From the NCBI GenBank assembly GCA_902776565.1, contig CACYQN010000006.1:154709-218708 (forward strand): DNA of 64,000 nt. The letters run 5' to 3'. The stretch is from an uncultured Bacteroidia bacterium. Lineage in GTDB: Bacteria; Bacteroidota; Bacteroidia; Bacteroidales; ML635J-15. Made by a program: the position numbers and the translations under genes. The notes under the pieces are model-generated. The model had not been told where the DNA came from and searched no databases. It saw only the letters and a list, made by a program, of their open reading frames with translations. Below, in pieces: positions 53,333 through 61,774 of this stretch; within the stretch, counting starts at the first letter, position 1, and the number at the start of each line of letters is the position of its first letter.

Positions 53333-53395
53333 GACCTCGGAGAGGTCAAATATCTATAGTAAAAAAAGACAAAAAAAACGACCTCAGAGAGGTCG
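53333..53395 (-). repeat. Right compound terminal inverted repeat
   Basis: GACCTCGGAGAGGTC (53333-47) and CGACCTCAGAGAGGTCG (53379-95). Confidence 0.75.
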
Positions 53396-53411
53396 AACTA
53401 TTTATCATTGC

Positions 53412-53437
53412 AAAAAAAAGGGCGGAAAACTCCGCCC
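53412..53437 (-). terminator. Rho-independent terminator after the T9SS cargo gene
   Basis: Minus strand GGGCGGA-GTTT-TCCGCCC followed by TTTTTTTT. Confidence 0.85.
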
Positions 53438-53460
53438 TTTAATTTGTTATCGTTGTAAGA

Positions 53461-55494
53461 TTACTTTACGATGTTGAGCTTTGAAGTTGCAATAGCACCG
53501 TCCTTAACGATTCTTACAACATAGTTGCCGTTAGCAACATTTGAAAGGTCGATTGATGCATTTGCGTCAGCGTTGTTTACGCTAGCAACAACCTGTCCCA
53601 TCATGTTGTAAACTTCGATAGTAGCGTTTTCTACGTTAGTGAAGTTAACGATACCGTTTGAAGGATTCGGGTACATTTCAACACCTTCTACTACGTTCTG
53701 AGCTGCTTCAACCTGAACACCTTCGCCAGTGTGGAATGTGAGAGCGATATCATCTGCGCCATAGTACCATTTGTCTCTTTGTGCCAAATATTCCATTGAG
53801 CTATGTCCTCTTGTTGTCAAAATATCGCTGCTTCCGAAATAAATAGACTGGTCACCTTCATAGTCGATTTCAGCCATAACAGTTACTTCCCTGTAGGTTT
53901 CACCTTCTTCGAAAGCTAAAGTATAAGGATTAGTGAAAGTGAAGTTTGTCCAAGTACCAATCATATCTTCAGTTATTTCAGCCCATTCTGATTCTCTCTG
54001 CTGAACATAATCACCATCGTCATTCTGATGGTAAACAACAACCTTTACAGATGTACCAGGAGTTGTTCTGTCTGCGATAAAGAGGTCTGCTGACATTATA
54101 TCGTCTGGAGCAGCAAGATAGAGGAACGATGCGCCATATCTATCACCGCTAGAACTAACTGTGTAACCATTTGCAGAGAATGATGTATTCGGTTCGTAGA
54201 ATGCCTTTGAGAAAGCATTTTCAGTAATGTCGAAGTACTGGGTAATAGTGTTGTCATCAGGATTCGAGTCTTCAACACCTTCTTCAGATACTGTGAAAGT
54301 TGCAGTGTAGCGACCAGGAGTAGCAGCACCTTCGAAATAGAATACTGTGGTGTTAGCCATGTTTTCATCGTCGATAGTAGCAAAGTCGATAGTATCACCT
54401 ACTGTAGTTGCGATTGAACGACCAGTAAGAGTCTGGTTGTAAACTTCATCACCATTAGGACCAGTAACAACAACGTTTACCTTTGGAGTTGCATTAGTTG
54501 CACCATTGTTGGTAAGTTCTACGCTGAAAGCAGCGTATGCGCCGTCCCAGTTAGCAGCTGGAGTCTGTGCGTATGGGTCATACAACTGATATGCATAGTC
54601 TCTCTTTTCTGCAGCAGTCATATTAGAATTTGTCCAATACTCAGTAAGGTCCTGCTTGTAGTCAAAGAAACTGAACATGCTTATTCTAGCATTGTTAATA
54701 GTAAGGTTGTGAGCAGCAGCTTCAACAATCTTAGCATCATCAATCTGCCATCCGTATTGAGCAGCATATTGTTCATCACCATTCAAGTCATCATTGATGT
54801 ATCTGATACGTACAGCAACACCGCTATGGTTTCCAACTTCAGGAATAAGAACTTCGATTGGGTCGTCAATATATGTTCCGTTCTGCCATGTACCTACATT
54901 TATCTGGTGTTCAGTCCAAGTTGCACCACCGTCAAGAGATGTTTCAACATACATCATATTCCATGCCGGGTTGAATGCTCTATAAGACTGGTTCAAAGAG
55001 AACTTAGGTGCAGCGCATGCAGAAAGGTCGATGTCTGAGAATACAATAGAAGTTTCGATTGGTCCCCAAATACCGTCACCCCAGCAGTCAGCACCATTGC
55101 AGTAGTGTTCACCGATAAGGTTCAAAATCATCCAAGTAGAAGGAGTTTCACTTCCCTGATATGCTTGCTGTGAAGAGTTACCTGAGAAGTTCATAGGCCA
55201 AAAATAGAATCCTTGTCCAGCAACAAGAGATGCTGGGTAGTCAGCTTCAGAAGTAGCGTGCCAAGTCGATACTGTACCAGTACCGTCAACAATGGTGTAT
55301 GCGCTTGAGTTTTCGAAATCGCATGACCAAACTGCGTCACCGTCCTTCTGAGTGTTAGGTTTCTGTTTGTTAGTGTTGATTTTACTTGTCGTCAAGTTAG
55401 CCTTGTTCGACGAAAAATCATGTTTAGCATACTGAGCAGACATAGTTCCGCAAAGGAGTACGCTGATTGCTAATAATAAATAAAGTTTTTTCAT
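53461..55494 (-). CDS. Secreted protein with T9SS type A C-terminal sorting domain, unknown function
   Basis: C-terminus VEMYPNPSNGIVNFTNVENATIEVYNMMGQVVASV...NGNYVVRIVKDGAIATSKLNIVK matches the Por secretion tail. A signal peptide is present. Confidence 0.8.
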   Translation of the reverse strand: MKKLYLLLAISVLLCGTMSAQYAKHDFSSNKANLTTSKINTNKQKPNTQKDGDAVWSCDFENSSAYTIVDGTGTVSTWHATSEADYPASLVAGQGFYFWPMNFSGNSSQQAYQGSETPSTWMILNLIGEHYCNGADCWGDGIWGPIETSIVFSDIDLSACAAPKFSLNQSYRAFNPAWNMMYVETSLDGGATWTEHQINVGTWQNGTYIDDPIEVLIPEVGNHSGVAVRIRYINDDLNGDEQYAAQYGWQIDDAKIVEAAAHNLTINNARISMFSFFDYKQDLTEYWTNSNMTAAEKRDYAYQLYDPYAQTPAANWDGAYAAFSVELTNNGATNATPKVNVVVTGPNGDEVYNQTLTGRSIATTVGDTIDFATIDDENMANTTVFYFEGAATPGRYTATFTVSEEGVEDSNPDDNTITQYFDITENAFSKAFYEPNTSFSANGYTVSSSGDRYGASFLYLAAPDDIMSADLFIADRTTPGTSVKVVVYHQNDDGDYVQQRESEWAEITEDMIGTWTNFTFTNPYTLAFEEGETYREVTVMAEIDYEGDQSIYFGSSDILTTRGHSSMEYLAQRDKWYYGADDIALTFHTGEGVQVEAAQNVVEGVEMYPNPSNGIVNFTNVENATIEVYNMMGQVVASVNNADANASIDLSNVANGNYVVRIVKDGAIATSKLNIVK

Positions 55495-55627
55495 CGTTTA
55501 AAATTTTAAAATTTAACAAGGCGAATTTATATGCTTTTTTTGTTACAGCCAAATTTTTTTTGAAAAAAGTTTTCACAGAAACTGCGACGCAGATGTGAAA
55601 AAGCAAGGTAAGGAACTGGAAGAGAAA

Positions 55628-55690
55628 GGGCTAACGGGCGAAAAGGCTGGAAGGCTAAAAGACGAAAAGGCTAACAGGCTAGAAGGCGAA
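55628..55690. repeat. Second degenerate word family (AAGGCTAA / GGCGAAAAGG)
   Basis: GGCTAACGGGCGAAAAGGCTGGAAGGCTAAAAGACGAAAAGGCTAACAGGCTAGAAGGCGAAAAG. Related words occur at 23698-23731, 25009-25080 and 55888-55960. Confidence 0.65.
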
Positions 55691-55740
55691 AAGCATTGCA
55701 TCGCTATAAATCCTTATCCCTTGCCCCTTTGATTTGTACG

Positions 55741-55758
55741 GTCGCGGCGCGCCACGAC
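55741..55758 (-). repeat. GC-rich palindrome, reverse-complement copy (GTCGCGGCGCGCCACGAC)
   Basis: Reverse complement of the 11551 and 13469 copies. The flanks CGTACAAATCAAAGG also match in reverse orientation. Confidence 0.8.
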
Positions 55759-55823
55759 ACGACAAGAACATAAAAACAACATCCAACCGCACCAAATCCT
55801 TAAATTCTTGATTTTTATGTACA

Positions 55824-55841
55824 ATCGTGCCATGGCGCGAT
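55824..55841 (+). repeat. Related palindrome ATCGTGCCATGGCGCGAT (same TCGTG...CGCGA arms, different centre)
   Basis: An 18-nt imperfect palindrome with the T-G wobble at the same position, adjacent to a TCAAAC-type word run at 55850-55900. Confidence 0.7.
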
Positions 55842-56021
55842 TCTATAATCATCAAATCTTCAAACAATTTTAAACAACCTCAAACCCAAAAGACTAACAG
55901 GCTAACAGAAGACCAGTCTGTCGGTCTGCAAGCCTGCAAGACCGTTCGCCTGTTCGCCAACAAAAACAACGACCTAAAATCGTCAATCTAAAATCGTAAT
56001 TCGTAAATCGTAATAATATTG

Positions 56022-56029
56022 TATCTTTG
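56022..56029 (+). promoter_or_regulatory. -7 promoter box TATCTTTG (crp/fnr-family gene)
   Basis: Exact TAnnTTTG 17 nt upstream of ATG 56046. Confidence 0.5.
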
Positions 56030-56045
56030 CAAAAAAATTACTGAT

Positions 56046-56747
56046 ATGGATTTAGAGCAAATTGCAAAGGATAAATTGTTTAACTCATCGGAATCGATTT
56101 TCAATGGCATTTCGAAGGAGGCAAAGGACTTTTTGTGCGAACATACATCGTGCAAGTCGTATAAGAAGGGCGAAATGGTCTTCGTAGAAGCCTCGAAACC
56201 GACCGGACTCATCAGTCTTTCCGACGGGAAAGTGAAAATTTTCAAGAAAGGTGCCGGCGGTCGCGAGCAGATTGTAAGGCTTTCGCGTCCCTGCGGATTC
56301 ATCGGCTACCGCGCACTATTTGCCGAGGAGAACTATCACGCTTCGGCAGTGGCTATGGAACCGTCGGTTGCCTGCATAATAGAAAAGTCGGCTTTGTTCT
56401 ACGTTATGAAGAACGACCCCAGTTTGAGTTTTGCAATACTGAAGTCGCTTGCTACAGAACTTGGCGTGTCGAACACCCGCACCGTAAACCTGACGCAGAA
56501 ACATATCCGCGGTCGTCTGGCCGAGTCGCTGCTCTGCCTTATCGACACTTACGGTTTCTGCGACGACGGCGTAACAATGAACGCACAGTTTTCGCGCGAC
56601 GACCTTGCCAACCTCAGCAATATGACAACAAGCAACGCCATCAGGACACTATCCACTTTTGCATCCGAAGGCGTAATAGAACTGAACGGACGCAAGATAA
56701 AGGTGCTTGACTTGAAGATGCTCCAGAAGATTTCAAACATTGGCTAA
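56046..56747 (+). CDS. Crp/Fnr-family transcriptional regulator
   Basis: A cNMP-binding fold (SYKKGEMVFVEASKPTGLISLSDGKVKIFK) plus a C-terminal HTH (RDDLANLSNMTTSNAIRTLSTF). Confidence 0.85.
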   Translation: MDLEQIAKDKLFNSSESIFNGISKEAKDFLCEHTSCKSYKKGEMVFVEASKPTGLISLSDGKVKIFKKGAGGREQIVRLSRPCGFIGYRALFAEENYHASAVAMEPSVACIIEKSALFYVMKNDPSLSFAILKSLATELGVSNTRTVNLTQKHIRGRLAESLLCLIDTYGFCDDGVTMNAQFSRDDLANLSNMTTSNAIRTLSTFASEGVIELNGRKIKVLDLKMLQKISNIG

Positions 56748-56758
56748 TATATAATAAG

Positions 56759-58168
56759 GTGTCGAAAAAGAAACCACAGATAATAGAGAACCTGCTGATA
56801 ACCGACATTGCCGCCGAAGGTGTAGCTGTTGGTCGCAGCGAGAATTTTGTGATATTTGTAGCAGGTGTCATCCCCGGCGATGTTGTGAACGTGATGCTTA
56901 CACGCCGTCGCAAAAATTATTCCGAATCGAAACTGCTGGAAATTGTAAAGCCATCGCCCGACAGGATTGAGCCGTTCTGCAAGCATTTCCAGAAGTGCGG
57001 TGGTTGCAAGTGGCAGATGCTTCCGTACGAAAAGCAACTGTACTACAAGCAGAAACAGGTAAGCGACCAGATTTCGCGTATAGGCGGAATCAGCGGTGTA
57101 CCTATTAATAATATATTAGGCGCGGACAACACGAAGTTCTACCGCAACAAGCTGGAATACACCTTCTCCGACCGCCGCTGGTTCGATTCTGCCGATGTGG
57201 AGGTGAATAAGGAAAGTCGTGATGCAGAAGGACTTGGTTTCCACGTTCAAGGAATGTTCGACAGGGTGATTGACATTGAAAAATGCTGGTTGCAGCGCGA
57301 ACCGTCGAACGAAATAAGAAACGAAATCCGCGAGTTTACCCGCCGCGACGGCTACAACTACTACAACTGCCGCAGCCACGAAGGCATTATGCGCAACCTG
57401 ATGGTCAGGACCTCGACTATCGGGGAAACGATGGCTGTGGTTGTGTTTGCCAAGAACGACGAACAGCTAATCAATGCCCTGATGGAGCATATCGACAGAA
57501 AGTTTCCCGATTTGACATCTCTGCAATATGTTGTAAACGAAAAGTTTAACGACACAATATACGATTTGGACGTTGTCTGCTGGAAAGGTCGCGACTTTAT
57601 CTACGAGGACCTCGACGGACTGAAGTTCAAGATAAACGCGAAGTCGTTCTTCCAGACCAATACGGAGCAGACGCTGAAGCTGTACCGCAAGGCTGTGGAA
57701 TATGCCGAAGTCGGTGCCGATGAGATTGTTTACGACTTATATACAGGTACAGGAACTATTGCCAATTTTGTTGCAAGGCAGTGCAAGAAAGTCGTTGGTA
57801 TAGAGTCGGTTCCAGAAGCTATTGCCGATGCTCGCATAAATTCGGAAACAAACGGCATAACAAACACCTCGTTCTTTGTCGGCGATATGAAAGATGTTCT
57901 TACAGAGCAGTTTATAGCCGAAAATGGTCGTCCCGACACGATAATTCTCGACCCGCCTCGTGCTGGCGTCCACGAGAACGTGCTGAACGTGATAAAGAAG
58001 GTTTCGCCACGGAAGATTGTGTATGTAAGCTGCAATCCAGCCACGCAGGCAAGGGACATTGCAATCCTCTCGGATATGTACAAGGTGACGGCTATACAGC
58101 CTGTGGATATGTTTCCGCATACGCATCACGTTGAGAACATAGTTAAATTGATAATGGATAATGGATAA
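56759..58168 (+). CDS. rlmD: 23S rRNA (uracil-C5)-methyltransferase RlmD/RumA family
   Basis: N-terminal TRAM domain, Fe-S Cys cluster CKHFQKCGGCKWQ, SAM motif DLYTGTGTI, catalytic VYVSCNPATQARD. GTG start. Confidence 0.85.
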   Translation: MSKKKPQIIENLLITDIAAEGVAVGRSENFVIFVAGVIPGDVVNVMLTRRRKNYSESKLLEIVKPSPDRIEPFCKHFQKCGGCKWQMLPYEKQLYYKQKQVSDQISRIGGISGVPINNILGADNTKFYRNKLEYTFSDRRWFDSADVEVNKESRDAEGLGFHVQGMFDRVIDIEKCWLQREPSNEIRNEIREFTRRDGYNYYNCRSHEGIMRNLMVRTSTIGETMAVVVFAKNDEQLINALMEHIDRKFPDLTSLQYVVNEKFNDTIYDLDVVCWKGRDFIYEDLDGLKFKINAKSFFQTNTEQTLKLYRKAVEYAEVGADEIVYDLYTGTGTIANFVARQCKKVVGIESVPEAIADARINSETNGITNTSFFVGDMKDVLTEQFIAENGRPDTIILDPPRAGVHENVLNVIKKVSPRKIVYVSCNPATQARDIAILSDMYKVTAIQPVDMFPHTHHVENIVKLIMDNG

Positions 58169-58371
58169 TTGACAAAGTGTCAATGGGTATTTCATTTTCA
58201 GACACAATCTGCGAAGACTTTGCCATCCACAATTGGAATAAAACTGTATATTTTCTAATTCAAATCGACTCGAAACAACAAGACAACAGTTCATAAAACA
58301 CTGCAATTCAACAACTTGACGCTTTTTAGAAAAATAATTAAAAAATTATTTGCCAGTTAAAAATAAAGCAG

Positions 58372-58379
58372 TATCTTTG
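58372..58379 (+). promoter_or_regulatory. -7 promoter box TATCTTTG (tRNA-Asn)
   Basis: Exact TAnnTTTG inside the 26-mer shared with the tRNA-Asp promoter. Confidence 0.55.
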
Positions 58380-58388
58380 CACCGCTTT

Positions 58389-58462
58389 TCCTCAGTAGCT
58401 CAGTTGGTTAGAGCACCTGACTGTTAATCAGGGGGTCGTAGGTTCAAGTCCTACCTGGGGAG
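58389..58462 (+). tRNA. tRNA-Asn (anticodon GTT)
   Basis: Acceptor TCCTCAG/CTGGGGA, anticodon stem CCTGA/TCAGG with loop CTGTTAA, T-arm GTAGGTTCAAGTCCTAC. Confidence 0.9.
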
Positions 58463-58468
58463 CAGAAA

Positions 58469-58494
58469 AGCGGACTGAAAAGCCCGCTTTTTTT
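58469..58494 (+). terminator. Rho-independent terminator after tRNA-Asn
   Basis: AGCGG-loop-CCGCT followed by TTTTTTT. Confidence 0.7.
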
Positions 58495-58653
58495 GTTGAC
58501 ATATTCTCAATAAATTGGGTTTGATTATCAACATTTTACAAAAGAATAGCAACAACTTTTCATTTTTCCAAAGCCTACGACACGTTATGGCGCAAGCCGT
58601 TGCTACATTTGCACCGACAAAAAAAAATTAGTAACTATTTAAAACTTACGATT

Positions 58654-58995
58654 ATGCCACAAATGATTAACTTAGGAAGCGAAATGTTAAGGATTTCGCC
58701 AAAAGGCGTTGAATTTTCAAGCAACGGCGGTCGCATTTGGACGATTCGCTATATGGGAAGTGCGTGCGGCTCTTTTATCGACCTGCTGCCATACGGAACG
58801 GAACTTCTCGCCGTAACAAGCAAGGGAATATATTCAAGCACCAACGCCGGGCGCATCTGGACAACACGCTACATCGGAACAGCATGCGGCACTTTTCTAA
58901 ACCTGATGGACGGCGGAAGGGAACTGCTTGCAAACACCGACAAAGGCCTGTACTTCTCAACAAACAGCGGAAGAAGCTGGACAAAAAGAAGATAA
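58654..58995 (+). CDS. 113-aa protein built from ~2.4 tandem 40-aa Asp-box (BNR)-like repeats
   Basis: SSNGGRIWTIRYMGSACGSFIDLL..., SSTNAGRIWTTRYIGTACGTFLNLM..., FSTNSGRSWTKRR. Start moved to ATG 58654, with a TACATTTG box at 58604-58611. Confidence 0.55.
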   Translation: MPQMINLGSEMLRISPKGVEFSSNGGRIWTIRYMGSACGSFIDLLPYGTELLAVTSKGIYSSTNAGRIWTTRYIGTACGTFLNLMDGGRELLANTDKGLYFSTNSGRSWTKRR

Positions 58996-59700
58996 TTATT
59001 TTGCCGCAGCGACAAAACGTCCAACCTCTTCAGAATCAGTCTCTATATAACGACTTGATTCTTCGATGTTGGTCTTGTGCATATTTTCTATGGTATGCTT
59101 GCACGAAGAATGCACCTCGCCTACACCAGTCGCGTGTATTAGGTCGGCAACGTTCTGCGAGTTCACCCCGCTTCCAGCAAGGATTTTGATTCTGCCAGCT
59201 GCAAGTCTCTGGATTTCACGCAAGTTGTCAATGCCTTCGGGTGCAGTCTTCCGTTGACCAGATGTCAGAATACGGTCGCAACCACATTCAATGATTTGCT
59301 CCAAAGCAGTATGCCAGTCGCGGCAACGGTCGAAGGCTCGATGGAAAGTCACTTCCATAGGACGAGCCAGTTTTACAATTTCGGCAGTGCGTTTAGTGTC
59401 AATATCAAGGTTTTTGTCAAGAAAACCAACGACAACACCATGTGCGCCAAGATTCTTGCACATAAGAACATCTTCCTTTATCGCTTCGTATTCGGCTTCA
59501 TTGTAGCAAAAATCGCCCGGACGAGGCCTAACAAGCACCATAGTCTTTAGAGAAAGCTTCTCCACGCAGTATTTTATGGCCGCATACGATGGCGTAGTGC
59601 CGCCTTCGTTAAGGTTCTGGCAAAGTTCTATGCGGTCTGCCCCACCCTTTTCGGCATTTATTGCCGACTGTACCGAATTTGCGCAAATTTCAACAATCAT
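58996..59700 (-). CDS. cutC: Copper homeostasis protein CutC family
   Basis: MIVEICANSVQSAINAEKGGADRIELCQNLNEGGTTPS is the CutC N-terminal signature. Start moved to ATG 59700. Confidence 0.85.
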   Translation of the reverse strand: MIVEICANSVQSAINAEKGGADRIELCQNLNEGGTTPSYAAIKYCVEKLSLKTMVLVRPRPGDFCYNEAEYEAIKEDVLMCKNLGAHGVVVGFLDKNLDIDTKRTAEIVKLARPMEVTFHRAFDRCRDWHTALEQIIECGCDRILTSGQRKTAPEGIDNLREIQRLAAGRIKILAGSGVNSQNVADLIHATGVGEVHSSCKHTIENMHKTNIEESSRYIETDSEEVGRFVAAAK

Positions 59701-59790
59701 CACTTTTCTTTTTTTGCTACAAAAATATGAAATTTTACATTTAGTTTGTTCTGTAATTGATAAAAGCACTATCTTCGCGAAAAAAAAGAT

Positions 59791-61635
59791 ATGGCAAGCA
59801 AAGTTCGTGAAATTCCAATTGAAGAGTTCTTCCGCAATTCAGAAAAATCGTCGTTTGACATTTCGCCCGACGGAAAGCATATTTCGTATCTGGCACCCTA
59901 CAAGTCAAGAATGAACATATATGTCACAGGTATCGATTTGGCAGAACCTCATCAGGTAACATTCGAGGAAGACCGTGATGTTGAAGGCTATATGTGGGCG
60001 AACAACAACCGAATCCTTTTTATGAAGGATGATGGCGGAGATGAGAATTTTCAACTTTACGGCGTTGATGCCGACGGCTCGGATATGCGTCCTTATACCA
60101 AGATGAAAGGAGTTCGCACACATATTCTTGACGACCTTGAGGAAATTGACGATGAGATACTTATCGAGACGAACCAACGCAACCCAGAAATTTTCGACCC
60201 GTACAGGCTCAACCTGAAAACTGGTGAAATGACAATGCTTGCCGAAAATCCGGGCAATATCCAGGCTTGGATGACCGACCACGACGGCAAGTTACGAATT
60301 GCCTATTCGATTGTTGACGGCGTTAACCAGGAAATGCTTTACCGCGACAGCGAGGACGAGGATTTCCGTCCAGTAATCAGAACTTCGTTCAAGGAGGATG
60401 TGTCGGCGATAGTCTTCACTGCCGACAACAAGAATGTGTATGCCATCACAAACCTTGGTCGCGACAAGTCGGCTCTGGTGCTGATGAATCCTGCCACAGC
60501 CGAGGAACTTGAGGAAATCTTCACTAACGACCACTACGATATTTCTGGCGTTGGATGGTCTAACCTACGCAAAAAACTGACATCTGTCTCGTATGCAGGG
60601 CATAAGGACACCATCCGCCATTTCTTCGACGCTGAGGCAGAACGCATAAACGAACGGCTAAAAGCAGCATTCCCCGACCATAAGTTCGGCACGGCAGCCA
60701 CCAACAAGGCCGAGGATATGCGCATAATCTACGTCGGCAACGACCGTACCCGTGGCGCATATTACCTATACGATGTCAAGGCGGACAAAGTCAGCAAGAT
60801 TGCCGACCTTTCGCCGTGGCTCAAGGAAGAGGAATTGTCGCCTATGCTTCCTGTTGTTTACACATCGCGCGACGGCTTGCAAATCGAAGCCTACCTTACA
60901 TTGCCAAACGGCTACACACTCGACACTGCAAGAAATCTCCCAGCGGTAGTAATTCCTCATGGTGGTCCGTGGGCTCGCGACTACTGGGGCTACGATTCTG
61001 AAGTTCAGTTCCTTGCAAACAGAGGTTATGCCGTATTCCAGATGAATTTCCGCGGCTCAACAGGGTTCGGACGCAAGTTCAAGGAACTGTCGTACAAACA
61101 GTGGGGACAAACCATGCAAGACGACATTACCGATGGCGTCATGTGGCTGATTGACAAGGAATATGTTGACAGAAATAGGATTGCAATATATGGTGGAAGC
61201 TACGGCGGATATGCAACTCTGCAAGCATTGGTTAAAACTCCAGAACTGTTTGCTTGTGGCGTTGACTATGTTGGTGTTTCCAATCTTTTCACTTTCCTGA
61301 ACACCATTCCGCCCTACTGGAAACCAATGCTCGAAATGATGTACGAACAGGTCGGCAATCCCGAAACCGACAAGGAGATGCTTACAGCAAACTCGCCTGC
61401 CCTAAATGCCGAAAAGATTGTGCGTCCGCTGTTTATAGCGCAAGGAGCAAACGACCCACGTGTAAACAAGGCCGAATCTGACCAGATGGTAGAAGCATTG
61501 CGCAAACGTGGCGTAAAGGTAGAATACATGGTCAAGGACAACGAAGGTCACGGATTCCACAACGAGGAAAACCGCTTTGAGTTTTACCACGCAATGGAAG
61601 ATTTTTTGTCAAAATGGCTTAATGCGAACAAATAG
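59791..61635 (+). CDS. S9-family serine peptidase (prolyl oligopeptidase / dipeptidyl aminopeptidase type)
   Basis: An N-terminal beta-propeller region, the catalytic GGSYGGY, then QGANDPRV and EGHGF. Confidence 0.85.
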   Translation: MASKVREIPIEEFFRNSEKSSFDISPDGKHISYLAPYKSRMNIYVTGIDLAEPHQVTFEEDRDVEGYMWANNNRILFMKDDGGDENFQLYGVDADGSDMRPYTKMKGVRTHILDDLEEIDDEILIETNQRNPEIFDPYRLNLKTGEMTMLAENPGNIQAWMTDHDGKLRIAYSIVDGVNQEMLYRDSEDEDFRPVIRTSFKEDVSAIVFTADNKNVYAITNLGRDKSALVLMNPATAEELEEIFTNDHYDISGVGWSNLRKKLTSVSYAGHKDTIRHFFDAEAERINERLKAAFPDHKFGTAATNKAEDMRIIYVGNDRTRGAYYLYDVKADKVSKIADLSPWLKEEELSPMLPVVYTSRDGLQIEAYLTLPNGYTLDTARNLPAVVIPHGGPWARDYWGYDSEVQFLANRGYAVFQMNFRGSTGFGRKFKELSYKQWGQTMQDDITDGVMWLIDKEYVDRNRIAIYGGSYGGYATLQALVKTPELFACGVDYVGVSNLFTFLNTIPPYWKPMLEMMYEQVGNPETDKEMLTANSPALNAEKIVRPLFIAQGANDPRVNKAESDQMVEALRKRGVKVEYMVKDNEGHGFHNEENRFEFYHAMEDFLSKWLNANK

Positions 61636-61774
61636 ATAGGTAAGTTTTTAGACCTCACCCACATACAAAAATAACACCTTTCTGTTAATTACTTTTTGAA
61701 AAAAAGTAGGTGCAAAAATACGTTTGGTAATCCCAAACGCACTAACTTCGTAGCTGGTATTAAAGATTTGCAAG

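Larger units (their letters stand above)
52695..53395. mobile_element. 701-bp non-coding segment bounded by ~67-nt compound inverted repeats (MITE-like; identity unknown)
   Basis: TIR pair as above. There is no ORF over 72 aa, and the two listed ORFs are repeat translations. The segment carries structured element copy 2 and lies between convergent genes. Confidence 0.35.

Noticed and set aside
52695-53395. Invertible (phase-variable) promoter segment flanked by inverted repeats
   Set aside because: The segment lies between the 3' ends of two convergent genes, so there is no gene for an outward-reading promoter to control. No recombinase gene is nearby.
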